A stretch of DNA of 33,300 nt from Octopus bimaculoides. Its lineage: Eukaryota. Below are positions 12,261-25,636 of the stretch, piece by piece. How positions within the stretch are numbered: position 1 is the first letter of the stretch; every line of letters starts with the position of its first letter. The notes beneath the pieces were generated by a model, which did not search any database, had not been told where the DNA came from, and saw nothing but the letters and a program-made list of their open reading frames with translations. The translations under genes and the position numbers were made by a program. The stretch lies in NCBI RefSeq assembly GCF_001194135.2, contig NC_068992.1:19977345-20010644 (forward strand), given 5' to 3'.

Positions 12261-12824
12261 GGAATTTTTAGTTGGGTGTATCACTCCCAATACTTATACT
12301 TTGAAAGCCTGCTACTTATTATATCGGTCTACTTATTATATCGGTCTCACATATAGCTATTATAGGAAAATATTACTCAACGTACAGTTGAAGTGATGTT
12401 CCTTAGGTTATATATGTCTCTCAGCAATGGAATATCACACTGCTCTCGTATACGCTCGTACATACAAGCTATCACGCTTAGTGAATACTCACATACACAT
12501 TTAATCACACAGACACAAACACACAAACTCACACACATATATACGCGCACTCAAACACATTGACTTACGGAAGGACCTCCACGAAAGCAGTTTTATATTA
12601 CGGGAATGTAAACACACCAGCACCGGTTGTCAAGCTGTGGGGGAGGAGGGGGAAATCGCAGGCACAAAGAAACACACATAGATACATATATGCATATATA
12701 TGAGGGGCGTCTTTCAATTTCTGTCGACCAAATTCAGCCACACAGCATTGGTCGGCCCGAGGCTAAAGTAGAAGATAACCTCGAGCCATGTTGTTGGAAA
12801 GCATGGTTCTAATCACACAGCCAC
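12261..12824 (-). mobile_element. SINE family B copy interrupted by the 253-bp insertion
   Basis: Tail 12261-12347 (ttgaaagcctgctacttattatatcggtct), mid domain from about 12598 (ttacgggaatgtaaacacaccagcaccggttgtcaagc), head about 12705-12824 with a deletion of about 30 nt at 12776/12777. Confidence 0.85.
12347..12599 (+). repeat. 253-bp direct repeat, copy 2 (insertion inside a SINE)
   Basis: See copy 1; SINE sequence lies on both sides. Confidence 0.95.
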
Positions 12825-13249
12825 ATGTGTGTGTCCGTACATGTATATGTGTATATAAGCACATATGCATGTAGCTGCATGTTTAGGTTTACCCTGTATT
12901 TGACGGATGAAAGATAATGTACTAAACGCAACATACTTTGCAATCATCTAAAAATAGACGCCATGTCCAACACACGGTGAGCTTGCCTGAAGATTTATCT
13001 CACATGAAACTAAAATGCAATACAATATATGTAAACACACATACGCACACGCGCAGACACTCGCACATTTTTATAACCACACATATGTTTATGCATTTCT
13101 GTGTGTGCGCTTATTTGTATTTACATGTGTATGGTGATGTTTCTTCATTGACATTAACGAACATCCGGAATACTACCAAACAGATCTGGATAAATCAAAA
13201 GCGCTAACAGACTCTCATTCACATGCACGCACACACACGGACACGCACA

Positions 13250-13291
<42 letters not shown>

Positions 13292-14124
13292 AGCACACAT
13301 TTGCTCATACGCACGCAAACACGAACGCAATCAATCATAGGTTCCGCATACACATATATAAATATCAGGAAAGCGGAAGAACGGATGTGAGCGCGAATGT
13401 GAGGAGAGCAGACTTGGTATGCTTTAGATATCGCTATAGAGAATGAAAGCGAGAAGCATTCTGAAGGTTTGGTGTAGGTTATTTTTATATATGTAAGACA
13501 ATTTGTTTCACTATGTGAATCTAATATTCTATTACATACAATCAGCGTTCCATTTTTACGTTGGAAATATAAATGACACTGATTGTATTTTTAAAGTGAG
13601 TTAGATACTTCAAAGCATAATTCTAAACTATATTTTGATAAAATGCACAGGAAGCTACTAGCTGTGCTTCCATTTCCAATTTCTGTCAATGTTATTGTTG
13701 CACTGTAGAAAATCGATCCAACCAACGACTATCATTTGCGATAAGGAGGTATATTAACTATATATTTGCGTGCAATTGTGTGTATAGTAGTATTGTGTAC
13801 AATTTCATAATGCATATTCTAATAGATTTTATATTGATTAGAAACATTAAGTAACTAAAGTAGAAAGAGCACTTTTGTTATTATTATGATTTGATACTAA
13901 CTTATTTTGAATTGGTTTTGTTCTTTGTTTTGGTCGTTTTGTTTAAGTTGCCAGTTCTGTAGAAAGGAAATGTCTTTGAAGATAATCATTTTCTTTTTTT
14001 AGCAATGAATGGCAAATATAACTATAATATTTCTTATATATAAACATGTGTGCGTCTCTCTGTCTGTGTGCCTGTGTATCCGTGTGTAAATACAACCCCC
14101 TTGTATATACAAACACAGATACAT

Positions 14125-14188
14125 ACATACATTTATACACATACACACACACACATACACATACACACACACACACACNNNNNNNNNN

Positions 14189-14226
<38 letters not shown>
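14125..14226. repeat. (CA)n/(TA)n microsatellite with a 10-N gap (14179-14188)
   Basis: Read directly from the sequence. Confidence 0.9.
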
Positions 14227-14229
<3 letters not shown>

Positions 14230-15587
14230 TGAGTGAGCTTGTAGGCGTGTAACTCTTTTAGTATCGCAAATATCCTTCTTGGCAAAATATATCAGGCAGT
14301 TGAAAATTCTCGAGAAAATCATTGAGAGCATAAATTTCATTGGTGAATCTGACCTCTTTTAATGTCTTCATTGACATCTAATCCCTTATGACTTGGATCC
14401 TTGTGGACCCGAGAACGTGCTTCACTTTTCGCATATCACATGCATGAACTGAAACGTTTTGTGAGGCAGTCACAAAGTGACCCTTTCTATTCTCAGTAAC
14501 AAGGATTTGACAAAGTAGAGGCTAAGGAGTGTTACTCTGTCCAGCAGAGAAGCAAAACAATATTCCTAATATTTAATATTCATAAGAAAATTAAAAGATC
14601 CGGTTTCGGAATTCCTTGGCTGGTCTGCGCATGACCAGCAGCACAGACCATGATGCTAAAATCTGATGAATTCAGTTTATAAGACACGCGTATCTGCATG
14701 AGGGGAGATAATCAAAGTCAGTCGGAGGAAATGCTTACGTAAGCAGGTTCGGCTATGATCATACTTTAAAAAAGTTTGGTTGTACAGTGCTACTGCGAAG
14801 CTCCACCTGCTTTCTAACATTATTGTGGAAGAGAGTTAAGTAACAGAAGCTCGCTGTTCTTATGATGTTTCTGATTTCCGTGGAAAATGTTCCTCTATCA
14901 ACTAAAACAGTCGTTCAAACGAGGAGAACGGAGAGTAAGAAAAGCTTATCGATCGATAGATATGATCCTTGAAATTAAAGAATTGTGATGCGTGTTGTAA
15001 ATTGTTGAGCCTAAGACATAACAATGCATTTCTTGCATGGATGGATATAGCAAGTAAAAGAAATTAAACGTTAAGGAGAAAGATCTTGTACCTAACGCAG
15101 ATCAATATACATGAGCAGCAGATATGCAGTAAAAACAGACGAAGCTTGCGTGGAGTATGATGTAGAAAACGGAGTAGTCGAAGCTTACTGAATTCCTTAT
15201 TGGAAATCTAGATTATTATTTCATTCATGACTAACCTTAAACGCTAACCTTAGACTGATCGGCTGCTATCAGTGCCAAATTATTCATTTTTTGAAGTATG
15301 ATATGACAAAATCCAAAGCATTTTTCTCAGTGAGTGTCTGGTGGTATGATAAACTGTATTACGTATTTCTACAGGTGTACTAAGACAACAATGCCCCAAA
15401 GTTTGAAAATCACCGTCACATTAAACAATATTGTTCTCGAAAAGAGGAACGTATAGGTAGCAAACTTGCCTTGTAAAAATGTCTGACTCAATAAAAACAA
15501 TATGCATTCAGTGAATTAAGGTGATTGAACTTTGAGAAGAAAATATGGGGCCGGTACTTTGAAGAAAAGCCTAAAATATACAGAAGG

Positions 15588-15962
15588 CTACGAAATGCAT
15601 GAAACACGATAACTGAGATGTACAATACACAATAGCGTAACTAGGAAGAGTCGATTGGTCCGGTCCGGCTTGGGTGGTACACTTTTGGGTCTCTTAGATA
15701 AGGCTGTATAGAGCCCCTGCGAGACAGATTGAGGCAAACAGATGGGCTGCCCCAGGAGAAACTCAGTATGGCTCTCTCCCATTGACTCTGCTTTCTGCAG
15801 AAATGGAATACTGGGTTTGTAGTTATATGGTGTAAGCTCTACCTGACAGTCACTGAACTTGGGTAGGGCAGCAGGCATATATCCAGGTGACTTCATATCT
15901 GAGATATGTGCTTTGAAAGAATTGAAGAATTCTACTTCCAAATAGCTCATGTTTTGAATCAC
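15588..15962 (-). CDS. Non-repetitive 124-codon ORF; host exon or retroelement relic, unresolved
   Basis: Stop-free, non-microsatellite and richer in GC than its flanks. In-frame acceptor candidates would start an exon at 15910 or 15898. No convincing donor and no confidently recognised family. Confidence 0.35.
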   Translation of the reverse strand: MIQNMSYLEVEFFNSFKAHISDMKSPGYMPAALPKFSDCQVELTPYNYKPSIPFLQKAESMGESHTEFLLGQPICLPQSVSQGLYTALSKRPKSVPPKPDRTNRLFLVTLLCIVHLSYRVSCIS

Positions 15963-16109
15963 GAGAGAGGAAATAAAAAAAATGAACTTATTTCAATAGT
16001 TTTCTTCCTCTTATTCAGAATAATTCGTTATCTATTTACCAATTCTTCTATTTTCATTAAAGAACATTTCTGGCTATTATTCTTCGTATATGTACGTTGT
16101 ACGTTACAC

Positions 16110-16149
16110 AAACACACACACATATAAATGCATACACATACGCACACAT

Positions 16150-16207
<58 letters not shown>

Positions 16208-16222
16208 GCACAGACACATATA
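16110..16222. repeat. (CA)n microsatellite
   Basis: Read directly from the sequence. Confidence 0.95.
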
Positions 16223-17387
16223 CAAAGAGAATTAGGCTATGAGGAATAAATCAAACTGATGTGTATGTGAACAACAGACACACGTACAGGTATATCAAAT
16301 ACCATACAACATAAATTCTTGATTTGTTAAATTCATCTCTACCTCTGAACGATGTATCGTATTTACAATATCACAATTAAGACAATTACTTCCATACACA
16401 CTGGTTCACACACACTCATTTATGTATGCGTAAATAAATATAATGATGAATAGATAGTTATGGATATATGAGTCTATATATGAAACTTTTGTCATCAATG
16501 CACCCAGTTGAATACTCTGTTCAGGCAACATGTGCAACTTATTAAAATGTCTATCTGAACTACTTTTGTAAATCTAAGGCTATAAAAGCCAATCTCAACT
16601 TGAAGAATGAGAAGATAATTATTCCTCGTCTTGCAATAATATTTCAAGCTTCGTGTCTATGAAATTTCTACAAGTACTTCATTGATGTGTGTCATATTAT
16701 GTACGGCTTTAAAATTTCATTCAAACTACAAGTTTTAATATTTGCATATTATAATTATAGTTATTTTATTGTACGTGTGGAAAGTTCATAGAATTGAATA
16801 CGACATTCATTGCATAACTTCAGCAACAGCGATCACCAACGTTTTACTTAAATTAACTTGTTGCGTATATCACACTCTTATCACTTTCGTTTAATTCCCT
16901 CCACATAATAAAGATATAGCAGTATTCTATCATTTCTATAACGTCTGTATTTATTTCACATGCATTAACGAGATAAGGCTTCAATGGCCTCGATTTTGTG
17001 GTCACAAATATCCATCAGGGTGATCATGATTATTCATTACGTTTCGAGAGAGTTATGTCATTTTTACTTTTCCCCGCAAATCATAAGCGTCGTCGAATGG
17101 GATATGAGATATCAATAACAAATATAATCTCTCGCCCAAACCGCTTTTGTCGATACAATTTCTCAATGTCATAAACGTAGCGGCTATTACTAGTTTATCC
17201 ATAAATTCCGTACTCTAACAAATACGATAAACAAATACAGCTTGCAATATACATCATATCCGTGTAGCTATGGCATTTGTATCTTTGAGTGAGATATACA
17301 TCGATTCAAACATCGTATCATATAGTTCTATCGATAAATCATGTTCTACGCCCAATGGATGTTGAAAGTGATTTCTTTTCTGATGTT

Positions 17388-17389
<2 letters not shown>

Positions 17390-17431
<42 letters not shown>

Positions 17432-17447
17432 TTTTTTTTTTTTTTTT
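17390..17447. repeat. (ATT)n followed by poly-T
   Basis: Read directly from the sequence. Confidence 0.95.
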
Positions 17448-19524
17448 GGTAATATTAATACATCACTCCAGCGAACAAGAGTTAAAACATTATCTATTGT
17501 TTCGCTTACAGATAGAGATGAATTCATTCTATGCTTACATATTTACCAACATGTCCGGACATAATTGCCCTACATTTACCGAGATCCATGCGATAGTTTT
17601 GTCTCTAGAAAACATTCATATGCTCAGCATGAAATATTGAACATTCAATCTTTCTATTAAAATTGCTCTGAAAGCCAACATAAAAAATGTCACTTTCATT
17701 AATATTGCATCATGAAAAGATAATGGAGCTACCGTCCAATGTCTTTTATCTTACATATCGGAATTCTGGTATTTGTTGTTGTCATTTTTACCGTTGTTGT
17801 TGCTGCTGTTCTTGTTTTGGGTTTGTATTCTTGTTATAAAACAACCTTTAATAGCAAATATATATCGATCATCGATTGCAAAACTTTTTGTCTGCTTTTA
17901 TCCAACATACAACGAATATGTTAGCTTCAGCATTAAACTGCCAATAGATTCCAGTTTTCATTCAGTATTTTTTTTTTTAAATACGATCAACGTATAAATT
18001 GTAAGTTAGCCTAAAGGAAAAGCAAGCATATTTGAAACCATACATATGAAAACGTAAAAATAATAATAATAAAGTGTCAATATCTTAGGTACATAAGCTC
18101 AACTTGCTTTTCTTCAGTGTGAGAATTCAATATATATTTCAAAGCTTCTAAAGAAGTGTTATATAGATTTTGAAAAAATACCACTGTGCAAGAAAGTCGC
18201 AGTGTAGATAATCGATAAATTGACAGACATCCAACAGAGAGTTTCATAATGTATAACTTCTGTCTAGGTTGCTTGCAAAACTCCATGGGTTACGCCACTC
18301 AATGCCAAATAATTCATACGTATTTTGTTGCAAAGTTATAAACAAAAACAAAAACAACGTGTTATCAGGTTGTTTCAGTCGAATTTTGGTTATAAACTGC
18401 AATGTGTTGTAAATTGTGTGCTCAGCTGCAAAGACAAATTCGGTTAAATTTTTGAAAGGAACTCCAAATCCACCGACCCCACATCAAACTTCTAAATTTC
18501 ATGAAACGATAAATAAACTTTAGACATATGCAGTGGTGATCGACCGAATAAAGAATGTATTCCGCACTGAAATGTAGCGTTACAGATCAGTTGGTTATGA
18601 ATATGATGAGAAATAAGGTCCAGTAATCTTCAGTATTTTGTCAAATAGAATTCCCCTGCAGATAATACTGATTGCATCATGCTTAATTGAAATTTCTTAG
18701 AATAAAATTTCAGGGGAAGAGGCATGAAGATATGATGTGTTTAATCAAGACATACTACAATATATTCGTAACTTCACAATTCCTTGTATAAGTTACTCTC
18801 TTAGAAAAGTGGGTTATAACATGTTCAAACAGAAACCTAAATTCATTTCTTCGCAAACACGTATTTGATTTGTAAAAGTAATATTCATTAACGTGCATTG
18901 AACAAAGGTGCAAACTCTTTATGCCTAAGGTGAGAAATTGTTCTGCATAACGGTCATTTTCTTATTATAAGACATCGCTTCACTGCACTTAAAGTACTAC
19001 TTTAGCTCACGTAGAGGGGATGTGACTCGTTACTGTCATCTCTTGTAAAGGAAAACAAGCGATGTTATTGCTAATGCCATTCAGTTTCACTTATTTATCA
19101 TCATCATCATCATCATCACCATCATCATCACTGGCGTTGTTCTTGATTTGTACTCGTGTTTTGTATATATTTTTTTTTTTCTCATTTTCAATCTCGTGAC
19201 ACATTTTCCTCCGATGATGTTTCAACGAACTAATTAGTCTTCGAATATTCCAGCATATAACTGAAACAATACAGAAATTCCGATCTGAAAGAGAATTATA
19301 TTATTTCTAAAATAACAAGACATATGTAATGTTGAATCGAGATTATCATTGTATGAGACATCAGAGACCTTTGAGATTGGAGAAAATGTTGCGCACATAC
19401 ATTAAAAAGAGGGGGAAATACTGCTCTTAACGTAACTACTAACATTTCTTTCAAAGCTCGTATCTCTCATAGGAAGAGTAAAGATTCGTATGCTGTTTTG
19501 TTCTGCATATATTTGCTAACATAT

Positions 19525-19925
19525 ATATGTGTGTATGTATGTGTGCGTGTGTGTATGTATGTGTGCGTGTGTGTATACGTATATANNNNNNNNNNNNNNN
19601 NNNNNNNNNNNNNNNNNNNNNNNNNNNNNNNNNNNNNNNNNNNNNNNNNNNNNNNNNNNNNNNNNNNNNNNNNNNNNNNNNNNNNNNNNNNNNNNNNNNN
19701 NNNNNNNNNNNNNNNNNNNNNNNNNNNNNNNNNNNNNNNNNNNNNNNNNNNNNNNNNNNNNNNNNNNNNNNNNNNNNNNNNNNNNNATATATATATATAT
19801 ATATACATATTTACACGTATATATAGGGATACATATATATGTATATATGAGTATATATATACATATATACATAAATGTATCTACACACACATACACACAC
19901 ATACACACACACACACGCACACATA
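19525..19925. repeat. (TG)/(TA)/(CA) microsatellites flanking gap 19586-19786
   Basis: Read directly from the sequence. Confidence 0.9.
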
Positions 19926-21264
19926 TGCCATTTAATCATACAATGAATATTGTATGTTGAATTATTGAATACTGAATATTTGGAAATGCATCGTGAGGAT
20001 CTTTACTATATAAAACAACAAATATTTTTAAAATTGTCCATTGTAATAGATAATAGATTGTATATCTCCCGATACATAATTGTTAGAATGTATTTCTTTC
20101 AATGAGTTTGTTGTTGTCAGGTCGAATTGACTTTGACATTCAAAAGTGTATGTTTCTCATTTATATATGCCATCCCTCTTAGTTACAAAATAAAAAATCC
20201 CATGTTAATTATCGTAATAAACGTTAAGCAGTGTTCCATATTTTGATAAGTTCCACTGTAATAGGTTGATAAAGGAATATTTCGGCATTATCTTAACCAC
20301 AAAGTATTTACAACACAATGGTTTTACTATTGATTGTTTAATTTAGTGTTTGTGTTTGTGCCATTATTTATTGAAAGCCATTTGTTGTTTCGAATGTTAG
20401 ATACCGTGGCGGTTCTTCATCGCCGCCTAATTTTGTGTGCACGTATAATACATTTTGGGAGTTAGATAAAATAAATATAAGTAACTTAAGCGCATTCACT
20501 GCAGACACAAAATTTGAAACAATTCATCTTTTTAACACTGCAGTTACGAAATGATCTACAGATTCCTACAGATCTGTATAGATAGAAATCATGCGTGTTT
20601 AATATCGTGTGAGCAGATCAAAACGTGCGTGTGACTAAATATTTAAAACCACCCACGTATTTTATATTATAATTAAAATGCTTAAGGACCATGTTGCGTA
20701 CGCAATTCTTTTAACTCATTAAAATTGCTAAACAAAATAACATCAGTGATGTCTTAAGTGTATAAAGACAAGGCCCTGCTAACAGTGCTGATAATTATTA
20801 TAATTGTACATTATTAAGAAAACTAATGATATTTCCCTTATTTAAATCACTATTTGTATTGAAAAGCTTTCATCCTTTTTATTAATTTCTATTGTTTATC
20901 GTTATCTTTTTTTTTTTCGTGTATAATTCCAGTTAGCTTTTGATTTTAAATTCCTTATAATTAGGAGCACATCCTTTTCTAAACTTGAGGCTAAAATAGT
21001 TTTAGATGGGAAATTCGATAATTAAAATAAATAAATAAATAATAAATGACTTAAGAAATCAATAATTACGTAATAAATATATCAAAAAGATGCAGCAAGG
21101 AAGACCAAGTTTTGTTTCGAAATAAAATAAATGATTGTCAAAATATTTAATTATCATAAATCTTTAAACGAAGGAAACAATAGAAACACGACCGGACGTT
21201 TAACAGTAAATTTTCAAAATTCGCTTGCCAAGTTTTAATTACAGTTCAATTCTAAATACTCATG

Positions 21265-21270
21265 GGATAT

Positions 21271-21327
<57 letters not shown>

Positions 21328-21568
21328 CTATATGTATGCATATTTATATGTGCGGGAGGTATACATTTACATGCATACATAGTTACAATCATATACATAG
21401 GCATTATTCTAACGTCATATATACAATACATACGTGTTTTAAATTATATATGCTATGAGAGTGTACAAACAAGTAGTCATAAATACAAGAAAGATATATA
21501 TGCACTTATATGTGTTTATACAAGCATATATGTATATATACCTAACTCTATGTATATACCTATACGAT

Positions 21569-21606
<38 letters not shown>

Positions 21607-21840
21607 AATACAAATATACATACATACACACGTAAAGCTTAAACACATACATACGCTATTTGTATGTATTTGTATATATATGTATATATAATATATGATA
21701 TATACATATAATATATGTACGTTAAAGCGTGCGTTTGTGTACATATTTATATGTGCATATGTAGATTGTTGTGTGTATGCGTATATATATATACAGTCAC
21801 GCATATATACATGCCTACATTCATGTATATGTGTGTGTGG
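21265..21840. repeat. Extended degenerate TA/TG/TATG microsatellite-rich tract
   Basis: Read directly from the sequence. Confidence 0.9.
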
Positions 21841-22451
21841 GGGGGGTCTGAGTGTTGAATGTAGTTGCTAGTTTAGGTTAAATATTTTTTCATCACTGAC
21901 GTGTTCCTGTTCTGATGGCAAATATTTTAAAATGTGCAAGTGACATGCTGCCTTACCGTTACAAGTCAACGGTCATTCCTAAGTTTCCTAGTTTCTTATA
22001 TGAACGTGGATATATTATGTATTACATACTATATATTATATAGTCATAGAAGAGGTTTCCAGCAAAACTATTTATAATCAAAGACCTGTAGTCACAGAGT
22101 CGAGTTCAAAATGCATACACAATGCATACAAAATGCATAGCAATAAGAATGGATGCCGCTGGCATGAGCGCGTTTTAACAATACACATGACGGATCGACA
22201 TTGACCAGATGGGAAGCAGTAACGAAATCCACCATGACAGTTAAATAACCTTTGTTAAGATCACATACCTAACTGCATCAGAAAACATTTAATGGTACAA
22301 AAACAGAAAATAAAACGAATGTAAGCGTCCATCGTCGTCCTCCAAAAACCTCTATTGAACACATAACTTAATTACAAAATAGCAAATTTCTGATTATAGG
22401 ATCTGATGCCAACTGAAAATAACGAAATGAATTTAGTATCTGTAGTAAATA

Positions 22452-22489
<38 letters not shown>

Positions 22490-22729
22490 TTTTAGAAAGT
22501 GAAACAAGCACAACACCTCAAAGTTCTTCATTCAAATATATGGGGTTTTAAAAATTGGTACACCAGTTATTCCATAATTTGGAAAATCATATAAGGAGAA
22601 AACCATATTGCAGCGGTGACAGAAGATGTAGGTGCTGTAATGCACCTACATAATCTTATATTCATAATTTCTTATTTCATGAATTACTACAAAGCCATTA
22701 GCCAAACAGACCACCTCACACTATACATT

Positions 22730-23230
22730 TCATAATTATATATAATATATTATATATCTTATTATATCATTCCTTATTTTCCATTATAATTAATTTATTT
22801 TATTTGTTAAACACTTAAATTGTGACCTTTAAAAAGTCTTTCTTAACATTTAATTTTTTATAATTTTACTATATCGTTTTAAATTCTATTTTCCTTTTAA
22901 TTCTATTAGGTTTTATTTTCTATCTTTAATTATGTTTATTTTTGAAATGCTTAACTAATTTTTATGTTTTCTTTTAATTTTCAATGGTTAAATTTTGTAA
23001 ATTTCTATTTGTCAAGTTTTTAAAATTTTTAATCGTTTCATATTTGATTTTGTAATTTTCATTTTTATAATTTTTCATGCCTTATTTCTTTAATTTTTAA
23101 ACATTTCCATTATAAATTTTTTCTATTCAATCATTTAATTTTTGACTTATAATTTTGTATTTTGTATATATAATTTTGTATTTCGTATATATAATTTTCA
23201 CTTTTATTTAATTCTAAATTTTCAATTTAT
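22730..23230. repeat. Very AT-rich, T-skewed low-complexity tract including a 21-bp tandem repeat x2.4 (23148-23198)
   Basis: Recurrent aatttt motifs; unit tataattttgtattttgtata. Confidence 0.8.
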
Positions 23231-23704
23231 ATGTGAATCCTCACTATGCAGCGAATTTTTTGACAGAATGTCAAGCAGTGTTGTTTTATTGGAAGTGCTA
23301 ACTTGTACAGTGATATAGTTTTGGCAACACGAATAGTATCCCTTCCTGTAATAGACAAACATGTCAGCTGATGATCGACGGTAGAAAAAGCGGCAAAGTT
23401 ATATCCGATGTTGCCTAGAAACCCAGTGTACTGGATGTGATGATTGCATGCATGTATCGTATGTTAACATAGGTTTTAATTTTAAAAAATATCGTTAACG
23501 AGAAGCGCTGGATTTTTTCTCTTCAACGTGTTTTTACGCCAATAATAACCCAATATTATCAATAGCTTTTTTTGCTTCGAGAGCCACCATTCCCCCAAAA
23601 TAATGATATATGTATGTACGTATGCATGTATTCATTCATTTACACACATGCACAAACACACGAATAAACACATACGCACACATACACGGAGTTTTATCCG
23701 ACGA

Positions 23705-23783
23705 AAGACGAGTATCACTAGAAGACGAGTATCACTAGAAGACGAGTATCACTAGAAGACGAGTATCACTAGAAGACGAGTAT
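23705..23783. repeat. 17-bp perfect minisatellite x4.6 (aagacgagtatcactag)
   Basis: Four identical units at 23705-23772 plus a partial unit to 23783. Confidence 0.97.
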
Positions 23784-24239
23784 TACTCCTTACGGTGAGT
23801 AATACCAGAAATTATGCCATGCATAGAATAATTGTAAGTTTACTTTTACCAAATGCGTTGGTGTTTCTACAAAATGAAGATATGAACAGCAGTTTTCAAG
23901 AGTAAAATATTTATGACTTTAAAATATATTTAAGCCAAACATTCTTTTTCATTTATGTAAGTACACCCACAACTCTTCTATTACTCATTCCACCTTCTAC
24001 TTTCGCTCTGGCATTCATTCTTCCCACTGTGTGTATGAGGAGCGTTTCTTTAGTTCCTTTTCACAATTTCTGCCGCAAGACTTGTGCACTCATCCTGCTG
24101 CTGCCAAATTAATTCTCTCTCTATCTCTTTATTAATCTCTCACTTTCTATAACGCCTGATTGGAGAAATCAACCAACCACCTAACCAACATTTATATGAA
24201 CTATTACTTATATTTATGTGTGCATATATAAAAATGGGT

Positions 24240-24524
24240 GTGTATGTGTGTGAATAAGTGTGTGTGTGCGCGTGTGTGCGTGCGTGTTTGTATGTATATA
24301 CACCTATGTATGTATGTATGTATGTATGTATGTATGTATGTATGTATGTATGTATCTATCTATCTATCTATATGAATATGTGTATAAAAGCATTTATATA
24401 TTCATATGCGTACGTATATGTATCATTATATATATATGATATATATATGGACTATCTTATATATATGATATCAATATATGTGTGCATTTATACATACATA
24501 TGTATATACTATATATATATATAA

Positions 24525-24576
<52 letters not shown>

Positions 24577-25330
24577 NNNNNNNNNNNNNNNNNNNNNNNN
24601 NNNNNNNNNNNNNNNNNNNNNNNNNNNNNNNNNNNNNNNNNNNNNNNNNNNNNNNNNNNNNNNNNNNNNNNNNNNNNNNNNNNNNNNNNNNNNNNNNNNN
24701 NNNNNNNNNNNNNNNNNNNNNNNNNNNNNNNNNNNNNNNNNNNNNNNNNNNNNNNNNNNNNNNNNNNNNNNNNNNNNNNNNNNNNNNNNNNNNNNNNNNN
24801 NNNNNNNNNNNNNNNNNNNNNNNNNNNNNNNNNNNNNNNNNNNNNNNNNNNNNNNNNNNNNNNNNNNNNNNNNNNNNNNNNNNNNNNNNNNNNNNNNNNN
24901 NNNNNNNNNNNNNNNNNNNNNNNNNNNNNNNNNNNNNNNNNNNNNNNNNNNNNNNNNNNNNNNNNNNNNNNNNNNNNNNNNNNNNNNNNNNNNNNNNNNN
25001 NNNNNNNNNNNNNNNNNNNNNNNNNNNNNNNNNNNNNNNNNNNNNNNNNNNNNNNNNNNNNNNNNNNNNNNNNNNNNNNNNNNNNNNNNNNNNNNNNNNN
25101 NNNNNNNNNNNNNNNNNNNNNNNNNNNNNNNNNNNNNNNNNNNNNNNNNNNNNNNNNNNNNNNNNNNNNNNNNNNNNNNNNNNNNNNNNNNNNNNNNNNN
25201 NNNNNNNNNNNNNNNNNNNNNNNNNNNNNNNNNNNNNNNNNNNNNNNNNNNNNNNNNNNNNNNNNNNNNNNNNNNNNNNNNNNNNGTATGTATGTATGTA
25301 TGGATGGATGGATGTATGTATGCATGTATG
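24240..25330. repeat. TG/TATG/TA microsatellites flanking gap 24577-25285
   Basis: Read directly from the sequence. Confidence 0.9.
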
Positions 25331-25334
25331 TTTG

Positions 25335-25566
25335 TTATTTCTTTATTGCCCACAAGGGGATAAACATAAAGGGGACAAACAAGGACAGACAAAGGGATTA
25401 AGTCGATTATATCGACCCCAGTGCGTAACTAGTACTTTATTTATCGATCCCTAGAGGATGAAAGTCAAAGTCGACCTCGGCGGAATTTGAACTCAGAACG
25501 TAACAACAGACGAAATACTGCTATGCATTTCATCCGGCGTGCTAACGTTTCTGCGAACTCACCGCC
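25335..25566 (-). mobile_element. tRNA-derived SINE family A, full-length monomer
   Basis: The reverse complement starts ggcggtgagttcgcagaaacgttagcacgccgg, has the B-box gagttcaaattcc, and is colinear with 28268-28500. Confidence 0.9.
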
Positions 25567-25636
25567 TTATGCATGTATGTTTGTATGTATATGCATATAT
25601 GTGTGTGTGTGTATCTGTGTGTGTGTGCGCATATTT

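Noticed and set aside
10806-12599. 253-bp repeats as LTRs of a TRIM or LTR element
   Set aside because: No TG...CA termini, TSD, PBS or PPT; SINE sequence flanks copy 2 alone.
15389-15409. DNNAPKF resembling the cadherin DxNDNAPxF motif
   Set aside because: Lacks the conserved Asp, is immediately preceded by an in-frame stop, and has no other cadherin motifs.
22626-22651. 10-bp perfect hairpin atgtaggtgc/gcacctacat
   Set aside because: About one such stem is expected by chance in 30 kb; no supporting context.
23705-23783. CRISPR-like array
   Set aside because: Contiguous units with no spacers, eukaryotic context, no cas genes.
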